A DNA stretch of 64,000 nucleotides from a virus. Its lineage: Duplodnaviria; Caudoviricetes. This document shows, one piece after another, positions 46,709 through 57,385 of this stretch. The translations under genes were made by a program, and so were the position numbers. How positions within the stretch are numbered: position 1 is the stretch's first letter; each line of letters opens with the position of its first letter. The notes under the pieces were generated by a model. It did not search any database. It was not told the origin of the DNA and worked only from the letters and a program-made list of their open reading frames with translations. Location: IMG/VR virus record IMGVR_UViG_3300028864_000017. One strand, written 5' to 3'.

Positions 46709-48658
46709 TTATGTTCTGTATGTCACACCTTTCCAAATAATATTAACAGTACTAAATCCTGATGATGATGTAGGATCTTCTCCAAAGTAAATTCCGTTTC
46801 TATTTATCCAGCCTCCTCTTAATACAACTAATTCATTGTTTCCTATTATGATGTCTCCTAAAACAGGATCTAATCCAATTTGCTTTGATGAATCATATTG
46901 TGATGTATTAGAATATGATACAACTGTACTACTACCAATTGATGCAGACAATTTTGAATTTCCAATTATTGAACTTGAATAATTAGATGATGTTGCTGTA
47001 TTACTACGATCAGAACTAATTGAATTTGCATTATTTGTAGATGTGATTATACTTTTATACTCATTGGTAGATGCATTTACTGAGTTAGAATTTGATACAT
47101 AAGTAGATTGTAATACATTTGACTTAGTAGATGATAATAATGCTCCATTTCTATTGTAATCTTCATTTTCTTTACCAACAAATTCCAAATTTATTGAATC
47201 TATTCCATCAATATCTTTCAGTTCAGTAATAAGATTTGCTTTAACTATTCTATCATATCTACTATATGATGAGAAATATGTTGATAATGTATCAAGAACT
47301 TGCTCTCTTATATTATCTTCTGATGTATCATCATATCTTCTAATGAAAACATTTACTATATATTTTTTTACTATTGGATCTATAATACTTATAATTGATG
47401 ATATGCTAACTATACCTTGAATTTTAAGATAACTTATTATTCTATTTTTTTCATCTTGATTAAGATAAAAATAATCAAAAGGAATATTAAAATAATTAAC
47501 ACTAGCTGAGAAATAATCTGTTATTCTTGGTATTAAATATAAATACATTTCATTTAGATTAATGTCTATTGTATCTGTATTAGAATTTAAATCTATTTTA
47601 ATTGTGTCTAATGTATTAAATGCATTTACTTTTGAAAACATATTTAATTTCATTAGATGATATATAAATTGATCAGGTGTGGCAAGAACAAAATTTCTTG
47701 AAACATAAGGAATTACAGATCTAGTATATTCTATACTTTCTCCATCACTTGCAAAATTTATATCAGTTTCAATAAAAATATCAAATAATTTATCTGCTTG
47801 AACAACATTTCCTTCGCTATCATATATATCTGTTATAAAATTAAATCCATTAACATTGTTGTTTAATATATTACCAGCTAATCCATTAGTTGTAAGATAT
47901 TTAACTTCTATTACAGCACCAATATCTGGAATACAACCATTTATTCCATTTCCAAAATAAACATCAAGTCCTCCATTAAATCCAGTTCTAGTATAACATG
48001 CATATTCATCTTGTAGCATATCATATAAATGATCTCTTATCTGTAATGTTACCCCATTTAATGATATTTGAAAATCAAAATTATCTATAGTTGAGCTATT
48101 ACTAACTACCACTTGATAAGATTGAGATAATGTACCATCACCAGTAAATGTTTGTGTTTCATATTTACCTTGAACTATATTAATGAAAAATTGACATCCA
48201 TTTTTTAATGTGTAATAGTTTCTATATGTTCCTGTTTTTATTGAATAATATAGACTATTGGATGTATTTTTTAGTTGTGTTTCATTATAAATTACAATTT
48301 TTCCTCCTGAAATTTGACTAATATCTGTTCCTTGCTTAAGTTTGAATTTCAATGTTCCTTGCGCTGATATTGCTCTGGAAGGATTATGTCCTGATATTCT
48401 TGCAATATTTCGAATCGTTCTAATAGTAACAGCTTGATCTATATCTAATTGTCTAACTGCATTTTTGACATATAGTACATTTTGTATAAATACTTCTTTT
48501 ACGAAAGTTAAAATTTGTCCGTATGGAGAAGCAGAATTATAAAGAATATTAGATTTTTTATAAGTTGCACTTATCCAATTATTTAACTGATTTGTTAAAT
48601 TTGCATAACTTAATTCTATGCTATTGAAAATTCTATTGAGTTTTGAAATTCTTGCCAC
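46709..48658 (-). CDS. baseplate wedge subunit, T4 gp6-like
   Basis: GHNPSRAISA, VQG, LDVYFGNG..G.IP, YLTTNGLAGN, DGESIE motifs. Confidence 0.82.
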   Translation of the reverse strand: MARISKLNRIFNSIELSYANLTNQLNNWISATYKKSNILYNSASPYGQILTFVKEVFIQNVLYVKNAVRQLDIDQAVTIRTIRNIARISGHNPSRAISAQGTLKFKLKQGTDISQISGGKIVIYNETQLKNTSNSLYYSIKTGTYRNYYTLKNGCQFFINIVQGKYETQTFTGDGTLSQSYQVVVSNSSTIDNFDFQISLNGVTLQIRDHLYDMLQDEYACYTRTGFNGGLDVYFGNGINGCIPDIGAVIEVKYLTTNGLAGNILNNNVNGFNFITDIYDSEGNVVQADKLFDIFIETDINFASDGESIEYTRSVIPYVSRNFVLATPDQFIYHLMKLNMFSKVNAFNTLDTIKIDLNSNTDTIDINLNEMYLYLIPRITDYFSASVNYFNIPFDYFYLNQDEKNRIISYLKIQGIVSISSIISIIDPIVKKYIVNVFIRRYDDTSEDNIREQVLDTLSTYFSSYSRYDRIVKANLITELKDIDGIDSINLEFVGKENEDYNRNGALLSSTKSNVLQSTYVSNSNSVNASTNEYKSIITSTNNANSISSDRSNTATSSNYSSSIIGNSKLSASIGSSTVVSYSNTSQYDSSKQIGLDPVLGDIIIGNNELVVLRGGWINRNGIYFGEDPTSSSGFSTVNIIWKGVTYRT

Positions 48659-48679
48659 TCTTTTTATATTTTTTTTTAA

Positions 48680-49330
48680 TTATTTTATGTGTTTTTTTAA
48701 ATTTTCACCAATTGTTTCTACCAATTTTTTGAGATTTATTTCGGTGTCTTCGTATATTTTTTTGAAAATTTCAAATTTGAAATTGTAATCATCAGAGCCA
48801 TTTTTTGTAATTGTTAAATCTACATTTTGATTGTTACTTAATGATAATTTAAAATTAAAAAAAATTGATTTACAAGGCATTATTGATATTTTTGTTTCAT
48901 CCACATTAGTTATTGATATATTAGATACATCATTATTTTCAAACCATTTATTAATTAATGTTGCTGGAGACTTAACGAATTCTGATAATATTTTAATATT
49001 TTCTCCAAATTTATTTTCTTTAAAAATATTTTTAATTTTATTTTCAAATTCATCTAAGTTTGAAAATTCAATTCTGACATATTCACAATTAATATCATGT
49101 AAATAAGTAAAATAATTTTTGGTTATTTTTGATTTAGTATTATCAGTAGTAAAAATCAATTTTGTATAAATGATATTAATATCATCATATAAAATTTTAT
49201 TTATTGATATAATTAATCTCAATTCATCTGAATTTAATATTTTTTCATAAATAGTATCTACTGATAGTACTTTAGTAGTGTCAAATACTGTTTTTATTTT
49301 ATTGACTAAATCTTCTATTAAAATGTCCAT
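48680..49330 (-). CDS. hypothetical protein
   Basis: ORF track; within the structural operon. Confidence 0.75.
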   Translation of the reverse strand: MDILIEDLVNKIKTVFDTTKVLSVDTIYEKILNSDELRLIISINKILYDDINIIYTKLIFTTDNTKSKITKNYFTYLHDINCEYVRIEFSNLDEFENKIKNIFKENKFGENIKILSEFVKSPATLINKWFENNDVSNISITNVDETKISIMPCKSIFFNFKLSLSNNQNVDLTITKNGSDDYNFKFEIFKKIYEDTEINLKKLVETIGENLKKHIK

Positions 49331-49333
49331 ATG

Positions 49334-52036
49334 TTAAATTATTTTATATGTTATGTTATATCTATCTGCAAATGTCGAAGTGTTACTTCCATCTACTCTA
49401 AGCATAGTAACTTGTAATCCTCTATAATAACTTATTCTAGGTTGTCCAACTAATGTATATCCGCATAATAAAGATTGAAATATATTTATAGTAATATTTA
49501 TACCTACTTTTTTTAATATTGTGTATGCTCCGCTATAATCTATTATATTACCAAAGGTATCTTTAAAATATAGATTCTGTACATATATAGTATTACCAGA
49601 TTTGAACATATCTTCAGTTAATATTAATTCTACATATTCTCCTTCCACACATAATGTTTCTCCTGTGTATACATCTGTACAATTGACATATATATTTTCG
49701 TTCAAATAGAAATTATCATCAAATGTTGATTTTTCTGGTGTTAAATTTATGTATTTTCCTTCAACTATATCTTTTGGCAAATCTGTATAAAAAATGGTTA
49801 CTTGAGATGATACTCCATTATAATTAAACATCATATTAAAATATAATTTTTGAGAATATTGAGCATATTTAGGTTCAATTATTATGTCTAATTTTTGTTT
49901 ATTTTTTAAATCATGATCTAACATAATTATAACATCTCCGCCATTTGTAGATATATTATCATTTATGATATTTAATAACATATTACTAGTGAATGCTGTT
50001 GATATTGGATATGAAGATCCAGTATTCGCTAAATTATAATTATAAACTTGAGATATGCTAATATTTTCTATTTCATCGTATTCTACTGTAATAACGTTCA
50101 TTTTTAGTTTAGGATATATTCCTGAATAATCAACAGATATTGCAGTTGAATCAGAATCAACAAATTGATTGGTTGAATATAATTTTAATAGATTTTCCAT
50201 ATTAGACATTTTGCTTTTTAACTCATCAATGCTAGTCTGAGAATATATTAAGCTTTTCATTTCCTGTAAATCTAAATTTATTCTAACAAATTCATTTATA
50301 ATATTAACAAAATTTTCATTTACTTGATAAAATCTCTTCATCATTTCGTTATACATATCAAATCCAAACATATTATAAATAGTTGTTGAGTCATATGTTA
50401 ATGGTTTAACATCGTTATCAATATTATAATTAATATTTAAATTAAACATATATGACAATCCATCTTGTACTCCGTTTGTAACTAACTTATTATAAGGAGT
50501 TATTTGTGTCGCAAAATTATCATCATCATTATCAGGATTATTTAAAAATTCAATTCCATATAAATTAACATGAGAATTAACATTATTATTACTATCTCTT
50601 TCCACTAATTCATAATACCACAATATCGCATTAAATTCAAAATCATTTGGTGCTTTTCCTTGTATTGACAATGAACTAAATTCGTCAAAATTTTTGCACT
50701 CTAATCCAGCAATATTCATTTTATAATAATGTGTTCTATCCACATCAAGAAAAACTCCATCAATATTATCAGAATTAAAATCTGTTAATTTTTCAATATA
50801 TTCATCTGAATTTAACCCTGTGTTATTAGTTAAATTTACACCATAATAATCTCCTTGATATCTTACATTATCACCATCAGAACATAAATATGTATTATCA
50901 ACAGTATCAAATTGACCAAAAAATGATCCAGGATAATCTTGAGGATTAGTTCTTATATTAGAATTTAAACTTTCAGCACCAATAATTTCAGATTGTATTT
51001 CATCAGCAAGTATAGGAATCTCCAAATTAGGATAATAATTTGTGTTACTTCTTGTTCCAAATAGAATAGTAGGAGTTTCACCTCCTTGATTTGGTATATA
51101 TGCTGTTACTTCTTGACCAACTCTTGAAGCAGTTTGAACATTTGTTATTTGATTAATTTCTCCTACATATTCAATTAATTTGTGATAATCTAAATCTAAA
51201 TATGTTCCTACTAGTGATGTTTGAGTTTGACCTTGAAAATTAGTATCTATCCATATATAAGTGTTTCCACTTGAAAATTCTATGAATATAATTTTATAAG
51301 AATAACCAAAAGTTATAGCAGACAAGTTAGATATATCAGATTGTATATTACTTTTTAAAATAACATTATCACCAATTTTAAATTTAGCTGTTTGTCCTGA
51401 AATGGTAAATTTAGGAGTATGATATCCATCGCTTCCTTGATAGTCATCCGTACTTTCTTCTACCCAAATGGATTGATAATCAATAACTTCTCTTTCTTTC
51501 CATAAGTATTTTCTAAAATAATCTACATTGGTTATAGTTGAATTGTTTTCATTATTAAAATCTGAAAGATTTTTGTCCCAATCAACCTTGTGAACTGCTG
51601 GTTCAAAATCTATAATATTTAATTTTCTACACCATTTCCAGAAAATATCTTCGGTAGGAGTATTTCTTTCTGCTATATTATAAAAATCTGTATTAGTATT
51701 TATTCTACTTTCATGTAATGCTGTGTCGTAATTTGCTACATAATTTCTTAATGACTCAACTAATTGCTCTGATAATAGTGTTGGCTTTGCTGTATTTGGA
51801 TCATCACAATAAAAAGGAGCTTCACCAATGTTTGATTTTGGTATAAATTCCATAACACCATCATTTATTCTATTATTTGATAATGTTTGTTTTGGTATGT
51901 TTAATAATGCAAATTTTGTGAAATTTAAATTATAATAGTCATTGTAATTAGCTAAATTTACATCACTTGCTGCAGATGGGAATGAATAAAAAGATGTTCC
52001 CTTATTTTTCATTGGTTTATAAAGAGGTGTTGCCAT
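49334..52036 (-). CDS. large putative virion structural protein
   Basis: 900 aa, beta-rich composition, upstream of the gp6-like gene; includes FEFNAILWYY. Confidence 0.65.
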   Translation of the reverse strand: MATPLYKPMKNKGTSFYSFPSAASDVNLANYNDYYNLNFTKFALLNIPKQTLSNNRINDGVMEFIPKSNIGEAPFYCDDPNTAKPTLLSEQLVESLRNYVANYDTALHESRINTNTDFYNIAERNTPTEDIFWKWCRKLNIIDFEPAVHKVDWDKNLSDFNNENNSTITNVDYFRKYLWKEREVIDYQSIWVEESTDDYQGSDGYHTPKFTISGQTAKFKIGDNVILKSNIQSDISNLSAITFGYSYKIIFIEFSSGNTYIWIDTNFQGQTQTSLVGTYLDLDYHKLIEYVGEINQITNVQTASRVGQEVTAYIPNQGGETPTILFGTRSNTNYYPNLEIPILADEIQSEIIGAESLNSNIRTNPQDYPGSFFGQFDTVDNTYLCSDGDNVRYQGDYYGVNLTNNTGLNSDEYIEKLTDFNSDNIDGVFLDVDRTHYYKMNIAGLECKNFDEFSSLSIQGKAPNDFEFNAILWYYELVERDSNNNVNSHVNLYGIEFLNNPDNDDDNFATQITPYNKLVTNGVQDGLSYMFNLNINYNIDNDVKPLTYDSTTIYNMFGFDMYNEMMKRFYQVNENFVNIINEFVRINLDLQEMKSLIYSQTSIDELKSKMSNMENLLKLYSTNQFVDSDSTAISVDYSGIYPKLKMNVITVEYDEIENISISQVYNYNLANTGSSYPISTAFTSNMLLNIINDNISTNGGDVIIMLDHDLKNKQKLDIIIEPKYAQYSQKLYFNMMFNYNGVSSQVTIFYTDLPKDIVEGKYINLTPEKSTFDDNFYLNENIYVNCTDVYTGETLCVEGEYVELILTEDMFKSGNTIYVQNLYFKDTFGNIIDYSGAYTILKKVGINITINIFQSLLCGYTLVGQPRISYYRGLQVTMLRVDGSNTSTFADRYNITYKII

Positions 52037-52088
52037 TTAATCAAGTTTAATTTTTTATTATATATAAAAATTATACCTTCATAAAAAC

Positions 52089-52122
52089 AAAAAAGAGTGA
52101 TAATTAAATTATCACTCTATTT
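52089..52122 (-). terminator. intrinsic terminator
   Basis: aaaaaagagtgataatt-a-aattatcactct; U tract on minus strand. Confidence 0.75.
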
Positions 52123-52131
52123 ATTAATATT

Positions 52132-52356
52132 TTATATTGATTCTTGATACCACATTCTTTTTGTTAGAATCATTCGAATAATATTTATATCAATTTCATA
52201 ATCATCACTTTTTTCTTGTAGATATAAATGATTCTTATTTAATTCTTTTAATTTATCTATTTCTAATTCTGTATTTTCTAATAACTCTTCATACTGGATT
52301 AATATACTTTTTAATTCTTTGTCCCCAGTTTTTTCATAATTTTCATTCGTTTTCAT
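52132..52356 (-). CDS. hypothetical coiled-coil protein
   Basis: ORF track. Confidence 0.6.
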   Translation of the reverse strand: MKTNENYEKTGDKELKSILIQYEELLENTELEIDKLKELNKNHLYLQEKSDDYEIDINIIRMILTKRMWYQESI

Positions 52357-52585
52357 TTTCTGAAATTTGTTTTAATTCATTAAGTTTTTCTATTCTGTCA
52401 TATTTTAATTTATTATTAATTTTATCTAATTCATATTCTGAACGTGTGATAATATTATTTATTCTATTACTAATATTCTCTGATATATATTTTATATAAT
52501 CATTAGAATAAGGTTCATCTAAATATTTTGAATAATCTACAGTAGTAGTAGTAAGATTTTCTGTTATATATTCTTCATATGTCAT
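52343..52585 (-). CDS. hypothetical protein, C-terminal RxxKL-like
   Basis: DRIEKLNELKQI. Confidence 0.6.
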   Translation of the reverse strand: MTYEEYITENLTTTTVDYSKYLDEPYSNDYIKYISENISNRINNIITRSEYELDKINNKLKYDRIEKLNELKQISENENE

Positions 52586-52617
52586 AAATTTATATACTAT
52601 ATTTTATTTGATTTGTT

Positions 52618-53244
52618 TTAATAATCTGCGCCATTATAATGACAAACTATATATTCAGGTACTTTATTTAATTTTTTATATTTATAACCATCGCTTGCTA
52701 ATTTAAAAATAAATAGAAAATCATGCCCATATCCTATATTCCATTCTATTCCTTTTATGTTTTTATGACTAATTGAACTTGTTCCAATGCTTGCCCATCT
52801 AGGTTCAACTATTCTTTTTTGCATTTTTTTGAATGTACTATCAAGAACTAAATAATCATCATAAAATACCCAATCATATATATCTAAATCAAATTGTTCC
52901 ACAATTTTTTGTATGTGATTTGGACCTAATATATCGTCAGAATCCAAATATGATATGATATCGCCATCTGCAAGTTGAAATGCAATATTTCTCATTTCAC
53001 CTGAGTATAAAGGTTGCTTGGGTATTTGTATTAGTTTTATGTTTTTATCATTTATAAAATACTTTTTATATAAATCAATGGTTAAATTGCAACCATCTGA
53101 TACTATAATTAATTCTATATTATTATAAGTTTGTTTTTTGAAACTATTTACTGCTCTAATGAATTTTTTATCTCTGTTGGATGCAGCGCCTGGATAAGAA
53201 GATAAATATGATGCCATAATAACACTAACTTTAGGATTAGTCAT
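52618..53244 (-). CDS. glycosyltransferase family 2
   Basis: VSVIMASY, ELIIVSDG, RNIA, YLDSDD, GHD. Confidence 0.9.
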   Translation of the reverse strand: MTNPKVSVIMASYLSSYPGAASNRDKKFIRAVNSFKKQTYNNIELIIVSDGCNLTIDLYKKYFINDKNIKLIQIPKQPLYSGEMRNIAFQLADGDIISYLDSDDILGPNHIQKIVEQFDLDIYDWVFYDDYLVLDSTFKKMQKRIVEPRWASIGTSSISHKNIKGIEWNIGYGHDFLFIFKLASDGYKYKKLNKVPEYIVCHYNGADY

Positions 53245-53343
53245 AAATTATTTTTTATTTAATATATTAACAAATAATTAAATAGTTTATAATAATCAAC
53301 AATTAGTAATTGATGTTATTATATTTGGCATTTTTTATTTATT

Positions 53344-53481
53344 TTAAATTTGCTTACAAATTCCTTTATTGTGAGTTAGTATATTATTTGCAATGTATGT
53401 ACCTAAATCTGTAGATATGTTTATAACTTCTTTTTCAATATTTTCTATTGATATGATGACATTACTATTATGGTGTAGTTA
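53344..53481 (-). pseudogene. remnant of a Hint-domain C-terminus, in frame after the stop codons of 53482..55302
   Basis: after TGA TAA reads LHHNSNVIISIENIEKEVINISTDLGTYIANNILTHNKGICKQI. Confidence 0.7.
53350..53455. repeat. about 106-bp direct repeat, copy of 55328..55433
   Basis: identical except about 2 substitutions by visual alignment. Confidence 0.88.
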
Positions 53482-55302
53482 TCATGGAATATAATTATAA
53501 TCTGCATCATATAATGGAGATAAACTATTAATTCCAGCACCAATGATTGTAACAACTGATGATATTGTGAATGTGCTTGATGTTGATGAATTTACTAAAA
53601 TTGTTACATTATCATTTATATCTGTTGTTACATTTTCTGCGCCAGAATAATTAGGAGCTAATGAATAAGCTCCTCTAATATTAATATTTAATACACTGTG
53701 TACTGGAAACTGAGATGTAACCCAATAGGTTCTTTCTGATATCATTACCCCATATCCATTATCATGTGGCGAGGTGGAAGATGAATTAATTGATATTAAA
53801 TTTGATATTAATGAGTGTGTAGTTGTGGTTGTGACTGTTGGAGTAATAGTTGTGGTTGTTGTGGTTATTGGAGTAATAGTTGTGGTTGTTGTTATACTTG
53901 CACATGCATTTCCTGTTGCAGTTACTATCAATCCATTGCCTGGTACTGTTGGAGTAGGCCATACTGATGAGCAAACCATTATAAATGATGATGCTGCAAT
54001 AGAATCTGATTTAGATGTATAATTTATGTCTTTGTAATCAACTCCAATATAACCTGATGTAGGATTGTTTAGTTGATATGATGACATTACTATTATGGTT
54101 GTAGATGTAGTAGTTGTTGTTGGCTGCGTAGTTGTAGTTGTTGTACTTGCACATGCATTTCCTGTTGCAGTTACTATCAATCCATTACCTGGTACTTCTG
54201 GTGTAGGCCATACTGATGAGCAAACCATTATAAATGATGATGCTGCGATAGAATCTGTTTTTGTTATAGAATTTATGTCTTTATAATTCACTCCAATATA
54301 GCCTGATGTAGGATTATTTAGTTGATATGATGACATTACTATTATGGTTGTTGTAGTGGTGGTTGTAGGTGGAGTAGTTGTCGTAGTTGTGATTGGAGTA
54401 GTATCATGAATATAATTATAAACTGAATCATATAATGGAGATACACTATTAATACCAGCACCGAAGATTGTCACAACTGATGTTATTGTGAATGTGCTTG
54501 ATGTCGATGAATTTAATGAAATTGTTACATTATCATTTATGTCTGTTGGTACATTTTCTGCACCTGAATAATTAGGTGCTATTAAATAAGCCCCAGTAAT
54601 ATTGATATTTAATGTGCTATTTACTGGAAACTGAGATGTTGCCCAATATGTTTTTTCTGATATCATTACTCCATATCCATTATCATGTGGCGAGGTGGAA
54701 GATGAATTAATTGATATTAAATTTGATATTAATGAGTGTGTAGTTGTGGTTGTGGTTGTTGGAGGAATAGTTGTGGTTGTTGTGGTTGTTGGAGGAATAG
54801 TTGTGGTTGTGGTTGTAGGAGGAATAGTTGTAGTTGTGGTTGTAGGAGGAATAGTTGTAGTTGTGGTTGTAGGAGGAATAGTTGTAGTTGTAGTTGTAGT
54901 TGGAATGCAATTAACCCATGAATATATATTGCTACCAATTTGCATACACATTTCTATATTAGAAAAATTCTGAATGTTTCTATATCTAAATAATCCAACT
55001 ACACTAGAATTACATTCATTGCAATAATCTAATATTTTAACTTTGTGCGTTAATCCTGAAGATGAATATAAACCTGATGTACCATCTTTACCATCTATAC
55101 CAATTACTCCATCTATACCAGATGTTCCAGATATTCCACTTGAACTAACATTTTTTATACTAGATAACGTATAATTTTTTATTTGATATAACTTTATACT
55201 CTTGCCAACTGAACCATATGATGAATTATCAATAGGTAAAATAAGATTATCATTTAAATTATCTTCTTTTTCGAAATTTCTTGGTCTTATTATATTTGGC
55301 AT
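53482..55302 (-). CDS. Thr-rich modular fibre/adhesin-like virion protein
   Basis: SG/DG low-complexity run, YCxxCNS..G.FRYR..EMCMQ domain, poly-Thr linkers, duplicated modules in order A-B-B-A. Confidence 0.7.
   Translation of the reverse strand: MPNIIRPRNFEKEDNLNDNLILPIDNSSYGSVGKSIKLYQIKNYTLSSIKNVSSSGISGTSGIDGVIGIDGKDGTSGLYSSSGLTHKVKILDYCNECNSSVVGLFRYRNIQNFSNIEMCMQIGSNIYSWVNCIPTTTTTTTIPPTTTTTTIPPTTTTTTIPPTTTTTTIPPTTTTTTTIPPTTTTTTTHSLISNLISINSSSTSPHDNGYGVMISEKTYWATSQFPVNSTLNINITGAYLIAPNYSGAENVPTDINDNVTISLNSSTSSTFTITSVVTIFGAGINSVSPLYDSVYNYIHDTTPITTTTTTPPTTTTTTTIIVMSSYQLNNPTSGYIGVNYKDINSITKTDSIAASSFIMVCSSVWPTPEVPGNGLIVTATGNACASTTTTTTQPTTTTTSTTIIVMSSYQLNNPTSGYIGVDYKDINYTSKSDSIAASSFIMVCSSVWPTPTVPGNGLIVTATGNACASITTTTTITPITTTTTTITPTVTTTTTHSLISNLISINSSSTSPHDNGYGVMISERTYWVTSQFPVHSVLNINIRGAYSLAPNYSGAENVTTDINDNVTILVNSSTSSTFTISSVVTIIGAGINSLSPLYDADYNYIP
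54724..54905. repeat. coding tandem repeat (TTTTTIPP)n
   Basis: ggaggaatagttgt(a/g)gttgtggttgt units repeated about 5 times. Confidence 0.9.
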
Positions 55303-55321
55303 TTTTTATGATTATTTTATT

Positions 55322-57385
55322 TTAAGCTTGCTTACAAATTCCTTTATTGTGAGTTAGTATATTATTTGCAATATATGTACCTAAATCTGTAGATATGTTT
55401 ATAACTTCTTTCTCAATATTTTCTATTGATATGCTTGATATTAATACCTCTGCCATATCTTTATCTACTAATATGTCACCAATTTTAAGATTTATTGCAT
55501 CTTTTTCAATCATCATATTATTTACTTTAATTAAGTGTCTATGACTTTCTGATGACTCTAATAATCCATTGTTAATATTAATAATTTTATTTACAATGTG
55601 ATTTGATTTACTAGTTACATTGGATATTACATATTCATAATTATAAATTGTTAATAATTTATCACCGATATTAATTTCACTTAGCATTTTTATCGAATTA
55701 TCAAACATTGTTATTAATGTAGTAGGAATCAAACATGTTGCGGCTATAGATAAATCACTAGAATAATATATATTCAATGGAAGTGCTGAATCATTAACAT
55801 AAGCTGTGACATGATATATTCCACCTGATATTTGAACTATTGAATACGGTACTAAGAAGCTATTTTCATCGTAACTTACTCCATTACTTATTGTCATTGA
55901 CATTGACTGACAATTTTCATACGATTTTTGAAATGTGTATGTATATGGAGGTTTTCCTCCATCAATAGTTAATCTTAATGATGTCGGATTATTTTCAGTT
56001 AATGAGACATAAGATATAGGACTGTATGATGTGGTTGTTGTAGTCGTTGTTGGTGCTACATTATTATATGTCAATGTATTAGAATATCTAAGATTGGTAT
56101 AATCATATATTCTAAATACTAATATTTGTCTTGGATAAGATGATGCGATACCAAAATCTCTTGGACTAATTCCACTACCTTGATTTGATGTTGGTGTGAA
56201 TGTTGTTCCTCCATCAGTAGAGAATTGATTTCCTAATGTACCAACTGGTTTAGAACCAACATCAAAATTAAACCACAAATTTAATCCTATCAAATTTATA
56301 GTTTGTAATGTTAATAAACTTGATGTAGTTGTAGTGGTAGTTGTCGCTGGTATGCTATTATCGAAATTTACCATATTAGATAATGGAACTGATGCTGAAT
56401 ATGTTTGATTAGAAAGCCAAAAATACATTAGAGTTCTTGTATAATTATTTTGTGCTCCAATATTTATAACTCCTGGTATAGGTGTTATGACAATACTTGC
56501 AGAATTTAATCCATCGTATGAATAAGTAACTACTAATTTTGTCGATTCAATAGGAACATTAGAATAACTTATCATAATATCACCATTTAGAAGATATACA
56601 CTTTCTATATTAGGTGTTGAAATATTTTTTATTGTTGTTGTTGTAGTTGAAGATGTTGGTATCCATGAATTTTTTAATATTTGAGTCCATAAATAACTAG
56701 AACCAGACTGCATACACATTTCTAAATACGAATTATATGTATCATTTCGATATCTAAATGTTCCTGTTGTTCCAGAGTTACAGTCAGAGCAATATCCAAC
56801 TACCATTATATTATTAACATTATTGCAAGTTATTTGTTTAACATATATTTTATCATTATTATTTGGTGATGATAGTGAATAACAACTACCTAAATTTACT
56901 AAATTATCATTTAAATACCATTCATATGAATAGTCTGTATATCCTGTAAGCCCAGTAACTGAAAAAGTTACAATTGTTCCAGGAGTTATATAACAAACTC
57001 CATTATTTAATGACGTTGGGGTAGATATTGGATTACTTTCTATCTTTGGTATATTTGTAATTATTATTGAAGTAGATGATACTTGTGAATAAGATATTGT
57101 TATTATATTGGATTGGTAACTGTGACAAGGTGATATTCCAGAAGTTCCATTCACACCAGGTAATCCAGAAGATCCATCAGTACCAGATGTACCAGAAGTT
57201 CCGCTCGTTGAACCAGTATAATCAAATAATACATATTCTTTGATTTGATCCAAATCTATTCTTTTTATGTTAGATGTATAACCTTGATTTATTGTATCTC
57301 CGCTGTAATCAACAGGAAAAATTAATCCACCATTTATATTAGTTTCGTTCTCTAGATTTCTTATTCTTATTATGTTTGGCATCAA
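55322..57385 (-). CDS. Thr-rich fibre/adhesin-like virion protein with C-terminal Hint domain
   Basis: N-terminus shared with 53482..55302, SGTSG repeats, poly-Thr linkers; Hint from CLIPTTLI (55735) to ILTHN (55346), about 130 aa. Confidence 0.78.
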   Translation of the reverse strand: MMPNIIRIRNLENETNINGGLIFPVDYSGDTINQGYTSNIKRIDLDQIKEYVLFDYTGSTSGTSGTSGTDGSSGLPGVNGTSGISPCHSYQSNIITISYSQVSSTSIIITNIPKIESNPISTPTSLNNGVCYITPGTIVTFSVTGLTGYTDYSYEWYLNDNLVNLGSCYSLSSPNNNDKIYVKQITCNNVNNIMVVGYCSDCNSGTTGTFRYRNDTYNSYLEMCMQSGSSYLWTQILKNSWIPTSSTTTTTIKNISTPNIESVYLLNGDIMISYSNVPIESTKLVVTYSYDGLNSASIVITPIPGVINIGAQNNYTRTLMYFWLSNQTYSASVPLSNMVNFDNSIPATTTTTTTSSLLTLQTINLIGLNLWFNFDVGSKPVGTLGNQFSTDGGTTFTPTSNQGSGISPRDFGIASSYPRQILVFRIYDYTNLRYSNTLTYNNVAPTTTTTTTSYSPISYVSLTENNPTSLRLTIDGGKPPYTYTFQKSYENCQSMSMTISNGVSYDENSFLVPYSIVQISGGIYHVTAYVNDSALPLNIYYSSDLSIAATCLIPTTLITMFDNSIKMLSEINIGDKLLTIYNYEYVISNVTSKSNHIVNKIININNGLLESSESHRHLIKVNNMMIEKDAINLKIGDILVDKDMAEVLISSISIENIEKEVINISTDLGTYIANNILTHNKGICKQA

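Noticed and set aside
54724-54905. Short regular repeats that could be mistaken for a CRISPR array
   Set aside because: Units are adjacent with no unique spacers and are codon-phased, encoding TTTTTIPP.
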